Shown here piece after piece: positions 32,633-41,845 of a DNA stretch of 59,573 nt. Made by a program: the position numbers and the translations under genes. This DNA is from an uncultured virus (IMG/VR IMGVR_UViG_3300050821_016519) (taxonomy: Duplodnaviria; Heunggongvirae; Uroviricota; Caudoviricetes), in the IMG/VR virus record IMGVR_UViG_3300050821_016519, one strand, 5' to 3'. Positions within the stretch are counted from its first letter, which is position 1. Each line of letters starts with the position of its first letter. The notes below the pieces were generated by a model. The model did not search any database and was not told the origin of the DNA. It worked only from the letters and a program-made list of their open reading frames with translations.

Positions 32633-33682
32633 ATGTCATGGACCGTCCGCCAGTACAGCAAGAGCAAGATCGATGCTGCCGGGGCGGCGCTGGTGTCGTT
32701 GCGCGCCGATGATCCGCAGAGAGACGCGGCGCTGGAAGTTATCGACAACTGGAGGTCATGTCACGGCTATCCGCTTCACGTCGTCACAAAGAGGCTTCAG
32801 CGCCGCGCGAAGAAAATCTACTCCGATGTTTTGATCGCCCGGCGGATCAAGCGGCTCCCTTCTGTCAAGCTGAAACTTGAGCAACAGCAACCAATGCGAT
32901 TGTCTCAAATGCAAGACATAGGGGGTTGCCGCGCCGTCATGGATAGCATCGGACAGATTTACGAATTGGCGAAGTCCTACGAAATGGATGGAGTCGGCGC
33001 GGCTGCGGTGCTGCATTCCGCGACTGATTACATTGCCTCTCCGAAGCAGGACGGATATCGCGGCATTCACCTGATTATGAAATATCAGGGGCGCGGAGCG
33101 GAATTCGCAGGACAGAAAATTGAGATCCAAATCCGCTCTGCAATGCAGCACGCTTGGGCAACGGCGATTGAAACCGCGCAGGCGATGCGCGGAGAAGCGT
33201 TCAAATCGAAAGTAAAAACGGGCAGTCCGAATTGGCTGAGATTTTTTTGCTTAGTCAGCGGAGGGATCGCGGATTTGGAAGGGCGTGCAGGCGTTCCGGG
33301 CGTATCTGCCGATCCAGGCGAACGCTGCGCTGAACTGAAGGCACTGGAAAACAAAGAGCACATAATCACGAACCTTCGGCTGTGGAGCGAGGCGATCAAA
33401 ATCCAACCGGGAATTTCCGAGGTCAATCCCGGTGCATTTTATTTCCTTCTGGAGTTGAACCCGAAAGATCGTTCGCTGACGGTTTCGCACTTCCGGAGCG
33501 ATGAAATACCTAGGGCCGAAGAATCCTACGCGCTCCGTGAGAGAGCGACGGAATCCAATCCAGAGATTCAGTTGGTGCTCGTCTCGGTGGATCGCTTTGA
33601 GGATATGCGACGCGCGTATCCGAATTTTTATTTGGACGCTGGCAAGTTTATCGAAATGGCGCAGTGGATGCTGCGGTCCTGA
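32633..33682 (+). CDS. RelA/SpoT-domain fused toxSAS, CapRel-like anti-phage protein
   Basis: YSKSKIDAAG, WRSCHGYPL, ARRIKR, MQDIGGCR, DYIASPKQDGYRGIH, IEIQIRSAMQHAWAT, C-terminal VLVSV...RRAYPNFYLD. Confidence 0.8.
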   Translation: MSWTVRQYSKSKIDAAGAALVSLRADDPQRDAALEVIDNWRSCHGYPLHVVTKRLQRRAKKIYSDVLIARRIKRLPSVKLKLEQQQPMRLSQMQDIGGCRAVMDSIGQIYELAKSYEMDGVGAAAVLHSATDYIASPKQDGYRGIHLIMKYQGRGAEFAGQKIEIQIRSAMQHAWATAIETAQAMRGEAFKSKVKTGSPNWLRFFCLVSGGIADLEGRAGVPGVSADPGERCAELKALENKEHIITNLRLWSEAIKIQPGISEVNPGAFYFLLELNPKDRSLTVSHFRSDEIPRAEESYALRERATESNPEIQLVLVSVDRFEDMRRAYPNFYLDAGKFIEMAQWMLRS

Positions 33683-33687
33683 TCGGC

Positions 33688-33864
33688 TCAGGAATGCTTG
33701 CGGCGTTTTTTCTTCGCCGCCTTTTCCTGCGCCATCCTGCGGTCGATTTCCGTTTTCGGCACCGCCAGAATCCGGCGTGTGAAGTCCTCGAATTTCTGAT
33801 ATGCCTGCGCCGCGTCCTCAACCTCGAAGTGCGCCGCCGGGTGATCCTTTGGGCTGCTGCTCAT
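33688..33864 (-). CDS. small IS passenger protein
   Basis: KFEDFTRRILAVPKTEI; TACAAT 7 nt upstream of ATG. Confidence 0.55.
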   Translation of the reverse strand: MSSSPKDHPAAHFEVEDAAQAYQKFEDFTRRILAVPKTEIDRRMAQEKAAKKKRRKHS

Positions 33865-33942
33865 GCCGATTATTGTAACATCATTATCCGCTTGACCAGT
33901 CGCTACGAGCGCGCGACGATTGCGCAAACTTTCGGAGAGAAC

Positions 33943-34077
33943 ATGGCAACATCCAAAACTGACGCCAGCAAAGCAGGCAGACTTCTCCAAAAACCGAAGA
34001 CGCCTGCCAGCGTGAAAAGCGTCGCGGCCTCCGACCTTGCCCAAGCCAAAAGACACGGTGGCGGCAAAAAGAAGTAA
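33943..34077 (+). CDS. small basic IS passenger protein
   Basis: GGAGA RBS; MATSKTDASKAGRLLQKPKTPASVKSVAASDLAQ. Confidence 0.55.
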   Translation: MATSKTDASKAGRLLQKPKTPASVKSVAASDLAQAKRHGGGKKK

Positions 34078-34351
34078 TCGGTTGAAGGTCGGACAGTCGG
34101 TATTCGTGGAGTGGGAAGACTCCTACGGATGTTCGTCGTCTTGGCAGGACATGGTGGACGGCGGAGAACCGGAGACGATGCTGTGCCGCTCGCTGGGGTG
34201 GGTGTCGCGATTGAGCAAGCGCAGCGTCGTCATCGTTCCCCATATCGGGCGCAACGCGCGCATGGGCGTGAAACAGGGCTGCGGAGATATGACGATTCCC
34301 ATCGCAGCCATTGTTCGCGTTCGCACGATTCGGGCACCTTTGATTCCCTAG
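34058..34351 (+). CDS. IS passenger hypothetical beta-rich protein
   Basis: VFVEWEDS...CRSLGWV...MTIPIAAIVRV. Confidence 0.6.
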   Translation: MAAKRSNRLKVGQSVFVEWEDSYGCSSSWQDMVDGGEPETMLCRSLGWVSRLSKRSVVIVPHIGRNARMGVKQGCGDMTIPIAAIVRVRTIRAPLIP

Positions 34352-34366
34352 CCGGGCGACGGTATT

Positions 34367-35389
34367 TCAATTCCAAGGTGCTATGGCCGCTTGCCCCGCC
34401 GTTGCCGCTTCCGGGGCTCCCTCCAGTGTGGCCGTGAGCTGCTTGTATGTCAGCCGCTTGCCGGTCATGCCCTGAAGCGCCATGAGGAAACGATCCCGGT
34501 CCTTCACGTCGCGGTTGTTGAAGCGGAATCCTTCCGCGTCCAGATAGCGGAACAGATGGAACGGCTCGACAGATACATGGGTTCCCTTAATGCATCGCTT
34601 GAACAGCGTCCAGAAATTTTCGAGGCCGTTCGTGTGAACGATCCCGTCAACGTATTTTTCCGCGTGATTGACGACCGCGTGAACGAACGTCGATTCGAGT
34701 CCCTGATACCCGGCAAGCGTATCGGTCATGATCGGCGTGCCCGGCTCAACGTGCTTGTGGATGATCGGATGAAGCGTGCGGGAGAACCGATCATCAATGA
34801 CGAACGTGCGGACCTTGCTGATTCCGCCCGGTCCATGGCGCTCCAGCAGACCCATGACGGCAGTCTTACCGGCGACGCCGTTGCTGGTGATGACCCGCTC
34901 GCGACGCGCCTTGTGCATGTTGCGGGCGAGTCCGCCGATATAGGTTTCATCGACTTCGACCGCCGGGCCGTTCGGACCGCCAAGCTTGACCAGCGAACCG
35001 GATTGCACCGCAAGCCGGATGCGATGGAGCATGAACCACGCGGACTTTTGCGTGATGCCGAGAGCCCGATGGATTTCGTAGCTGCTGATTGAATTCTTCG
35101 CGTTGACCTCAAGCCAGAAGCCGGCTGCCCACTTGTCCAAGCCGAGAGGGCTGTCCTCCATGATCGTTCCAATCTTGACCGTGAACTGGCGGCGCGGGTG
35201 AGAACTGCTGCACTGCCAGCGCCGATATTTCGGGAGATAGCGAACGGCGACGGACCCGCAGCGCGGGCAACAGACGCCGTTGGGCCAGCGCATCTTTTCA
35301 AAGGTGAGACGGGCGTTCTCCAAGTCGGAGAAGTAGACGACGGCTTCAATCAAAGTCTTCGGGACTTGAACGTTCTTTCCCTTGTTCAT
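34367..35389 (-). CDS. IS1595-family (ISXO2-like) DDE transposase
   Basis: RWPNGVCCPRCGS Zn ribbon, LGITQKSAWFM HTH, VEVDETY, IMTD, HTNGLENFW. Confidence 0.95.
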   Translation of the reverse strand: MNKGKNVQVPKTLIEAVVYFSDLENARLTFEKMRWPNGVCCPRCGSVAVRYLPKYRRWQCSSSHPRRQFTVKIGTIMEDSPLGLDKWAAGFWLEVNAKNSISSYEIHRALGITQKSAWFMLHRIRLAVQSGSLVKLGGPNGPAVEVDETYIGGLARNMHKARRERVITSNGVAGKTAVMGLLERHGPGGISKVRTFVIDDRFSRTLHPIIHKHVEPGTPIMTDTLAGYQGLESTFVHAVVNHAEKYVDGIVHTNGLENFWTLFKRCIKGTHVSVEPFHLFRYLDAEGFRFNNRDVKDRDRFLMALQGMTGKRLTYKQLTATLEGAPEAATAGQAAIAPWN

Positions 35390-35701
35390 GCCCATATCCT
35401 AGGGCAAACCGCTTGATTTGTCAAATATATTATTACCCAGTGATGGCCAAATCTGGAAACGCGGAATCGCCTTTCGCTGCCCCAAATGCCAGCGCATGCA
35501 CGCGGTTGAATTTCGCCCGGTCATCGGCCCGACGCCCGTTCGCGCCGACAGCGCCGAAGCAATGGACAATTCGCCTGCGCTCTCCGGGCAACCGCTCTGG
35601 CAGCGAACGACGGACGCGGAAGATTTCGATTGGCTCTGCCTCGCGCCAGCGATTTGGCAAGGTGATTGTCACTGGACGATCCACAACGGCGAATTGATCG
35701 G

Positions 35702-36124
35702 ATGAACGTGAAACTCACCGATCCCTGGTTTGATGCCGCCTTCTTCTACGGCGCCCAGCCCGACGGGAGCTGTCGCCTCCATCATCCCGATGGCACGCCG
35801 ACGCTGTTCTCCGAAGCGCAGGGTCTGTTCCTCTGGTGTCCCTGCGGCTACGGCGCCCTCGACAAAGACGGCGCGCTCAAGTTCCCGCTCGACCTGAGCC
35901 TCAACCACGGCCGGCCCCACGGGGTCATGGTCTGTTTCGCCAACCCGCCCTGCGGAATCGCCCTGCCACCCGACTTCGGTCCGACATCCAAGGGCGACAA
36001 AAGCCGGCATCCGCGCTGGAACGTCGGCGGAACCGGACTGGCCGACCTGACCCTCAGTCCCAGCGTCGACGTCGGCGATCCCTCGTGCTGGCACGGCCAC
36101 ATCCACCAGGGCGAGATCACCTGA
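35702..36124 (+). CDS. DUF6527-like protein
   Basis: LFLWCPCG ... RW ... LTLSPSVDV ... CWHGHIHQGEI. Confidence 0.65.
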   Translation: MNVKLTDPWFDAAFFYGAQPDGSCRLHHPDGTPTLFSEAQGLFLWCPCGYGALDKDGALKFPLDLSLNHGRPHGVMVCFANPPCGIALPPDFGPTSKGDKSRHPRWNVGGTGLADLTLSPSVDVGDPSCWHGHIHQGEIT

Positions 36125-36125
36125 T

Positions 36126-36584
36126 ATGTCGATCAGCAACGCCCAGATTTATTCGCTGCTCCAGCAACACACGACGCTGCTCGACCAGCACACCACGCTG
36201 CTCGACGCGCATACCACGCTTCTCAACTACCACACCACCCTTTTGGAGAAACTGATGTCCCAAATCACCGATTTTGCCGCCGCCGTCAACGCCAACTTCG
36301 CCACCATCCAAAGTGCGATCAATTCCACCGCCACCGGGGTCACCGCCGTCACCACCGACGTGACTTCCCTCGATGCGCAGATCCAAGCCCTCCAAGCGCA
36401 GCTTGCCGCCAATCCTGCGCTCTCCGCGTCCGATCTGGCAGCGCTCAACACCGTTTCGGCAAACTCCGCGCAGACGGCGGCCAGCGCCACCCAGCTCCAG
36501 ACCGCCATGGCCGCCCTCGTCACCGCCGCGCAGGCACCCGTGACGCCGCCCGTTCCCGCTGCCGCGCCCGCCGCGAAGGCTTGA
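36126..36584 (+). CDS. coiled-coil protein with HTTLL heptad repeats
   Basis: four tandem HTTLL-x-x units then Ala/Thr/Gln-rich coiled coil. Confidence 0.65.
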   Translation: MSISNAQIYSLLQQHTTLLDQHTTLLDAHTTLLNYHTTLLEKLMSQITDFAAAVNANFATIQSAINSTATGVTAVTTDVTSLDAQIQALQAQLAANPALSASDLAALNTVSANSAQTAASATQLQTAMAALVTAAQAPVTPPVPAAAPAAKA

Positions 36585-36634
36585 TGCATCTCCGCGTCCC
36601 CGCGTCTCCGCGTCCCCATGTCTCTTTCCTTCAA

Positions 36635-37630
36635 ATGACCGACGACGCCCCCGCCATCCAAGCTGCTCTGCTCAAGGGCGGAAAGGTCTCCCTCAATCCG
36701 GGACAGGTTTACAACATCGCCTCCCATATTGTTGTGAACAGCGGGACCGTCTGGCTGGAAGGCAACGGGGCGATCCTCAGATGCGCCGACACCTTTGAAG
36801 TCGCCGCCGCCGCCGGGGATGTCTTTCAGTTTGTCGGCTGCGACGGGCTGTATGTCGGCGATCTGGCCATCGACCAGAACCGCATGAAAAGAGGCAACGC
36901 CCCCAACTGCGATCCGGTGGCGCTGCGATTGTTGGGCTGTCAGCATTTCCTGATTCGAGATTGCAATCTGCTAGACTCGCCAGCCGATTCGATCCGCCTG
37001 GCCGCCACCGACCCGACCAACGCCGCCACCGCCTGCATCCATGGGCGCATCACCGGCTGCTATCTGGACGGGGCGTGGCGCAACCTGATCTCCGCCATCG
37101 GCGCCGCCTTCGTCCGCTTCGACCACAACCGATTCTTCAATGCCATCAACGGCACCGGCCCCAACGCGGCCTTGGACATCGAACCAAACCTGGGCGACGC
37201 TCCGGGCATCTGCCACGATCTGACCATCGATCACAATTACGCGGCCAATTGTCTGTGGGGTTTCACCTCGCAATGCACGCTGAACGCGCAGGGAGTCGGA
37301 GGGGGCACGCACGATCTGAACTTCCTGCACAACACCCTGGGCAGCGGCATCACCTACGGGATCGTCAGCGACGCATTGCGGGCGGTCATCCATAAGACCA
37401 TCGCGCCTTCGACACAGTTGATGGTGCAGGGCGGAGCCGACTCGGGCTTGATCGACGACAACATTGCTGGCGGAATCTACGCGGATACCACGCACGTTGC
37501 GACTCCGGTCGGCCACATCATCACCAACAACCGGATCGTTCCCGGACCGGGCGTCACGGGCGTCATCGACGTGCATTACTGCTACGGAAAAGCGACCCTG
37601 GCCAACAACGTCGGCGCTGTGACGGCATGA
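36635..37630 (+). CDS. pectate-lyase-like beta-helix protein (depolymerase/adhesin candidate)
   Basis: TDDAPAIQAAL, LEGNGAIL, RNLIS, ALDIEPN. Confidence 0.8.
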   Translation: MTDDAPAIQAALLKGGKVSLNPGQVYNIASHIVVNSGTVWLEGNGAILRCADTFEVAAAAGDVFQFVGCDGLYVGDLAIDQNRMKRGNAPNCDPVALRLLGCQHFLIRDCNLLDSPADSIRLAATDPTNAATACIHGRITGCYLDGAWRNLISAIGAAFVRFDHNRFFNAINGTGPNAALDIEPNLGDAPGICHDLTIDHNYAANCLWGFTSQCTLNAQGVGGGTHDLNFLHNTLGSGITYGIVSDALRAVIHKTIAPSTQLMVQGGADSGLIDDNIAGGIYADTTHVATPVGHIITNNRIVPGPGVTGVIDVHYCYGKATLANNVGAVTA

Positions 37631-38355
37631 AAGCGCCGGTCGCGCGCGTGGCCATCGGCTACGCCCGCGTCTCCACCGCAGGACAGGCCGTCGAAGGCGT
37701 GAGCCTCGAAGCGCAGCAGGCCAAGATCGCCGCCTGGGCCATCGCCCACGATCACGAGCTGCGGCCGCTTTTCGTCGATGCGATCTCCGGCAAACGCCAG
37801 GACAACCGGCCCAATCTCCAGAAGGCGCTCGAGCAGGTCTGCAAATGCAAGGGAACGCTGATCGTCTATTCGCTCTCGCGTCTGGCCCGCTCGACGCGCG
37901 ACACCATCCTGATCGGCGAACGATTGGACAAAGCCGGCGCCGATCTGGTCAGCCTGTCGGAAAACCTGGATACGACTTCCGCCGCCGGCCGCATGCTGTT
38001 TAGGATGCTCGCCGTGCTGGCCGAATTCGAGCGCGAAATCATCTCGGAAAGAACCAGTGCCGCCCTCCAGCACATGCGCTCACAGAACAAGCGGGTGGGG
38101 ATGATCCCCTACGGCTGGAGCCTGGCAGCGGATGGAATCGGGCTCGATATCGTGCCGGCCGAGCAGGCGGTCATCGATCGGATTCTTGCCATGCGGGCGG
38201 CCGGAAAGCTCTTTCGGCAGATCGCCGCCACCCTCGAAAATGAGGGAATTCCCGCTAAAAACGGCCGTAAATGGCACATTTCCGTCATTGAAGGCATCTG
38301 TAAACGCACGCCCCTGCGGCAGTTAAAAGCGCCGTCGGCGCCGACCATTCCTTGA
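37627..38355 (+). CDS. serine recombinase (resolvase domain plus short recombinase-type tail)
   Basis: GYARVST, ISG...RPNL, SLSRLAR, AEFERE..SERT, IPYGW. Confidence 0.92.
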   Translation: MKAPVARVAIGYARVSTAGQAVEGVSLEAQQAKIAAWAIAHDHELRPLFVDAISGKRQDNRPNLQKALEQVCKCKGTLIVYSLSRLARSTRDTILIGERLDKAGADLVSLSENLDTTSAAGRMLFRMLAVLAEFEREIISERTSAALQHMRSQNKRVGMIPYGWSLAADGIGLDIVPAEQAVIDRILAMRAAGKLFRQIAATLENEGIPAKNGRKWHISVIEGICKRTPLRQLKAPSAPTIP

Positions 38356-38416
38356 CCGGTCGGTGCCGGAATCGCGCTCCCCCTAACACCCGTAAGTCCT
38401 TGAATCGAGGCAGAGA

Positions 38417-38749
38417 ATGGCTGCATCAAGCAACGTGCAACTCAATCAGTGGGCCGACCAGCGCGTCCGCCCGCTCTGCGACAAGATCGACCAGCTCATC
38501 TACGCAATCACGGCCTACGAAGCCGACTATGCGGCCCAGGGCATCGCCGCCCTCATCACCTCCGACGGCGCCGGCAACAACGAGGGCAATCAGGACGGCC
38601 GCATTCCCATCACCGGGACGCAGGTCGTCAATCTCAAGGCGGCGCTCGACCAGCTCAATACCGCGGCGACGGTGACGCTGGTGACGGGAGTCGGAGCCAC
38701 GGTCAAGGCGATCGTGGATGCGATGCAGGTGAACGGCAGCCCGAGGTAA
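38417..38749 (+). CDS. hypothetical virion-associated protein
   Basis: strong codon bias, located between fibre-like genes. Confidence 0.55.
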   Translation: MAASSNVQLNQWADQRVRPLCDKIDQLIYAITAYEADYAAQGIAALITSDGAGNNEGNQDGRIPITGTQVVNLKAALDQLNTAATVTLVTGVGATVKAIVDAMQVNGSPR

Positions 38750-38853
38750 AAAAGACGCGGAGACACGGTGACGCGGCGACGCGGAGATAAGAACGCGCCC
38801 CGATTTTTTCCGCGTCTTCGCGTCCCCGCGTCCCCGCGTCTCCTGTCTTTCAA

Positions 38854-40230
38854 ATGTCCATCACCGCGACGACGATCTGGGAGATTCGCGCCGATGGCAA
38901 CAACGCCAACGGCGGCGGCTTCGACATTACCCTGGGCGGCACGGATTATTCACAGCAGGCCGCAGCCGTCGCCAGCGGAACGGTGACTTCGGCCGCGTCG
39001 ACCGTCACCGCGACCACCGCGATCTTCACCCCGGCGATGGTCGGCAACCTCATCACCGATGGAACGACCTGGAAACAGATCACCGCCTATACGTCTTCGA
39101 CGATCGTCACGGTGGACTCGGCCCCAAGCTGGACAGCGGCTTCGATTAAGGTCGGCGGCGCACTCGCTTCCATCACCGCGCTGCCCTCCACCCTCATCGA
39201 CGGCTGGCTGATCTATTTGCGCGGGGCGGCCGGCACGATCAACGTCGCGTCGAACATCGTCTTTGCCGGGGGCGGCGCGGGTCTGAGCCCGGCCCGCTTC
39301 ATCGGCTACACCAGCACCCGCGGCGACAACGGGCGTCCGACCCTTCAAGCCTCGTCGACCTGCACGACGGTTCTTTCTCTGGGCGCCAGTTGCTGGGCCT
39401 ACACGATCGAAAACCTCATCATCGACTGCAACAACGTCGCCAACATCGGGATCACCTATGCGATGACCTACCCGGCCGAGGTGGCCTACTGCAAGGTCAT
39501 CAACTTCAAACAGTACGGCATCAATCTGAACGTCCCTTCCGGCCCACTTGCGACCTGTCGCCAGTGCGAAGTCACGGCTGGAGAATCCGGAGCAACCGCA
39601 GGCATCACCGGTGGAACAAGTGCAGTCATGGTCGACCGCTGTTGGGTCCACGATAATCCCTGCGTCGGCATCGTGGCCAATCTGAACTGGATCATCCAGC
39701 GCTGCCGGATCACCAACAACACCGGGGCGAGTTCCGATGGAATACAGACCAGCTATGGTTCGGCGGTCCTCGACTGCACCATCCACGGCAACGGGCGCGA
39801 CGGCATCAATTACACCCAGGTTTACGCCATCGGCGTGAACTATCGCGGCAACATCATCACCAGCAACGGCCGTTATGGGATGAACTTCTCGACCGCGACT
39901 TTGTTCCCCGGCGGCCCCTATCGCACCTGGGACAACAACGCCTATTACAACAACACCTCCGGCGCCCGAAGCACCTCGACCGGGGCCAGCTCGGGTTTGG
40001 ACATCACCCTGACCGGGCTGCCGTACAACAACGCCGCGGCGAACGATTTCAGCTTGAACAGCCAGAGCGGCCAGGGCGCCGCCTGCCGCGCGGCGCGAAT
40101 CCCCGGCGCCCTGCCAGGAACCGGTACGGACTATCTGGACATGGGCGCGATGCAGAGCCAGGCCCTGGCCATCTCGGTCACGAGCATCCAATCGATGGTC
40201 TTCGAGCCCATGTCCGTCGCCGGATATTGA
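38854..40230 (+). CDS. right-handed beta-helix protein (fibre/adhesin candidate)
   Basis: Thr/Ala/Asn-rich; CWVHDN, CRITNN, CTIHGNGRDGI, NIITSNGRYG repeats; DMGAMQ C-terminus. Confidence 0.75.
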   Translation: MSITATTIWEIRADGNNANGGGFDITLGGTDYSQQAAAVASGTVTSAASTVTATTAIFTPAMVGNLITDGTTWKQITAYTSSTIVTVDSAPSWTAASIKVGGALASITALPSTLIDGWLIYLRGAAGTINVASNIVFAGGGAGLSPARFIGYTSTRGDNGRPTLQASSTCTTVLSLGASCWAYTIENLIIDCNNVANIGITYAMTYPAEVAYCKVINFKQYGINLNVPSGPLATCRQCEVTAGESGATAGITGGTSAVMVDRCWVHDNPCVGIVANLNWIIQRCRITNNTGASSDGIQTSYGSAVLDCTIHGNGRDGINYTQVYAIGVNYRGNIITSNGRYGMNFSTATLFPGGPYRTWDNNAYYNNTSGARSTSTGASSGLDITLTGLPYNNAAANDFSLNSQSGQGAACRAARIPGALPGTGTDYLDMGAMQSQALAISVTSIQSMVFEPMSVAGY

Positions 40231-40289
40231 TCTTCTCCTCCCCCGCATTCAAATCGTCCCCTCCCCCTTTTTTACTTTGAGGTTTTGCC

Positions 40290-40736
40290 ATGAAGGCTTA
40301 TTCCGTCTCCGGCTCCAACGCCAGCGCCTCCTCGAACCACACGCTGGTCAACGTGATCGGGTCCACCTCCGTGCGCCCGCGCCTGTTCGACCTGGTGGTC
40401 GGCTCCTCGGCCACCCCGGCCGATCAGGCGATGCAGCTCTCGGTCTCGCGCTTCACCACCGTCGGCACCGCCGGCTCCTCGCCCACGCCCACGCCTTTGG
40501 ACCCCGGTGATATTGCGGCCGTGGCCACCGCCGGCGCCGCCCACTCGGGCGAACCGGGTTATACTGTGGGTCTGTTGAGCAAAATCTCACTCAACCAGCG
40601 CGCGACCTTCCGCTGGGTGGCCACGCCGGGCGCGGAACTGGTCTCGCCCGCCACCGCCTCCAACGGCATCGGCCTGTATCTGGTCAGCGCCACCACGGCG
40701 CTGATCGAGGACGGCACGATCGTCTGGTATGAGTGA
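40290..40736 (+). CDS. hypothetical virion-associated beta protein
   Basis: GAGG RBS; LNQRATFRWVATPG. Confidence 0.6.
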   Translation: MKAYSVSGSNASASSNHTLVNVIGSTSVRPRLFDLVVGSSATPADQAMQLSVSRFTTVGTAGSSPTPTPLDPGDIAAVATAGAAHSGEPGYTVGLLSKISLNQRATFRWVATPGAELVSPATASNGIGLYLVSATTALIEDGTIVWYE

Positions 40737-41090
40737 TTGGTGTCCCATATAATCGTCGCGCCGCATGGTGTCGCTGGAGAACGGCGAACGGCCCTTGGTT
40801 TGGCTCATGAAACAAAGGCGCGTCGATGATAGACTTGCCTCATGGGCCTGTTTGATTCGGTGATCGTGAAATGCCCGCGCTGCGGAGCGGATTGCGAATT
40901 CCAATCGAAGTCGGGTGATTGCGTACTCCGCCGCTACAACGTTGACGACGTTCCGATGCGCATTGCGGCGGACATTGACGGCGAGGATTTCAGTTGCAAC
41001 TGTGGACTGAGATTCAAGCTGCGTCTGGCCCCACCGGTTTCTTCGCGGCTCCAAGTTGTGATCGACGACTCATGATAAACTTGCGTTCAT

Positions 41091-41845
41091 ATGACGATCA
41101 CCTGCACATTGATTAGCGCACGAGAGCATCCTGCCAATGGTGGGATGCAGCGCGTTTTACTCTTTCAGGATGAACATGGCTCTGACATCCGGATCGTTTT
41201 GGAGCCGGAGAGCATCGGTCCGGGCTGCCCTGAACCCACCGTCCCGTGCGAGGCCGGCGAAATCGGCGCGACAGAAGTGAATCGCGGCGGCCGGCGTTTG
41301 CTCATCGGAGCCGATGGAAAGGCGACGTTCATCGGCGACGAAAACAAGCGATTCCAGATTCAGATCACCCAAGTCGTCGACAAGTCGCAGATGCGAAAAC
41401 GGGACATCAACGACGACCTCGACACGATCCGGACGATCCCTGGGAAGAAACGACCGCGACGAAAACGATCATGAGATTTCAGTTCAAAGGTCTCTCCGAA
41501 CACACGATCGAAAACGGGCCGGCGCAAGTCCAGCAGCGCATCTACCTGTTCACCGACCAGCACGGCTCGGACGCGCGGTTCATCGTCCTGGTCCGCTCCG
41601 TCGTCGGAGACAAGACGCAGGAACTGGCCGACGTGAGCAAATGGCCGATCGCCAGCGTGCGCGTCAAGCCGGAATCGATCACCCCTGAGCAGCAGGCGCG
41701 CCTGGGCGGGATCATGCGCGTCGAGTCCGATGGCCTGGTGAAAATCCCCGGTGATGAAGGCAAATGGTTCGATCTGCATCCGATCTCCACGACGGATGCG
41801 CCCCTCGACCCGGCGCAGATCACGCCGGCGATCAACACGCACTGA
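41091..41845 (+). other. tandem paralogous hypothetical genes (41091-41474, 41471-41845)
   Basis: QRVLLFQDEHGSDIRIVL versus QRIYLFTDQHGSDARFIVL; IGDENKRF versus PGDEGKWF. Confidence 0.6.

Larger units (their letters stand above)
32582..35437. mobile_element. IS1595-family element with passenger genes (2856 bp)
   Basis: TIRs GGTAATAATATACTTGCCAAATCAA / GGTAATAATATATTTGACAAATCAA (2 mismatches); 8-bp TSD CAGTGATG at 32574-32581 and 35438-35445. Confidence 0.93.
32524..35705 (+). pseudogene. DUF6527-like gene interrupted by the IS1595 element
   Basis: joining 32524-32581 to 35446-35705 restores MTKLRDCNPTWLMFGPNSD-GQIWKRGIAFRCPKC...CHWTIHNGELIG. Confidence 0.8.

Noticed and set aside
36581..40230. 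Invertase-driven tail-fibre shufflon
   Set aside because: Flanking genes are all co-oriented and I found no paired inverted crossover sites
3550..40248. Long antisense ORFs (e.g. 3550-4719, 6007-6876, 15637-16890, 31193-32077, 38950-40248)
   Set aside because: They overlap well-supported genes on the opposite strand; expected shadows in GC-rich DNA
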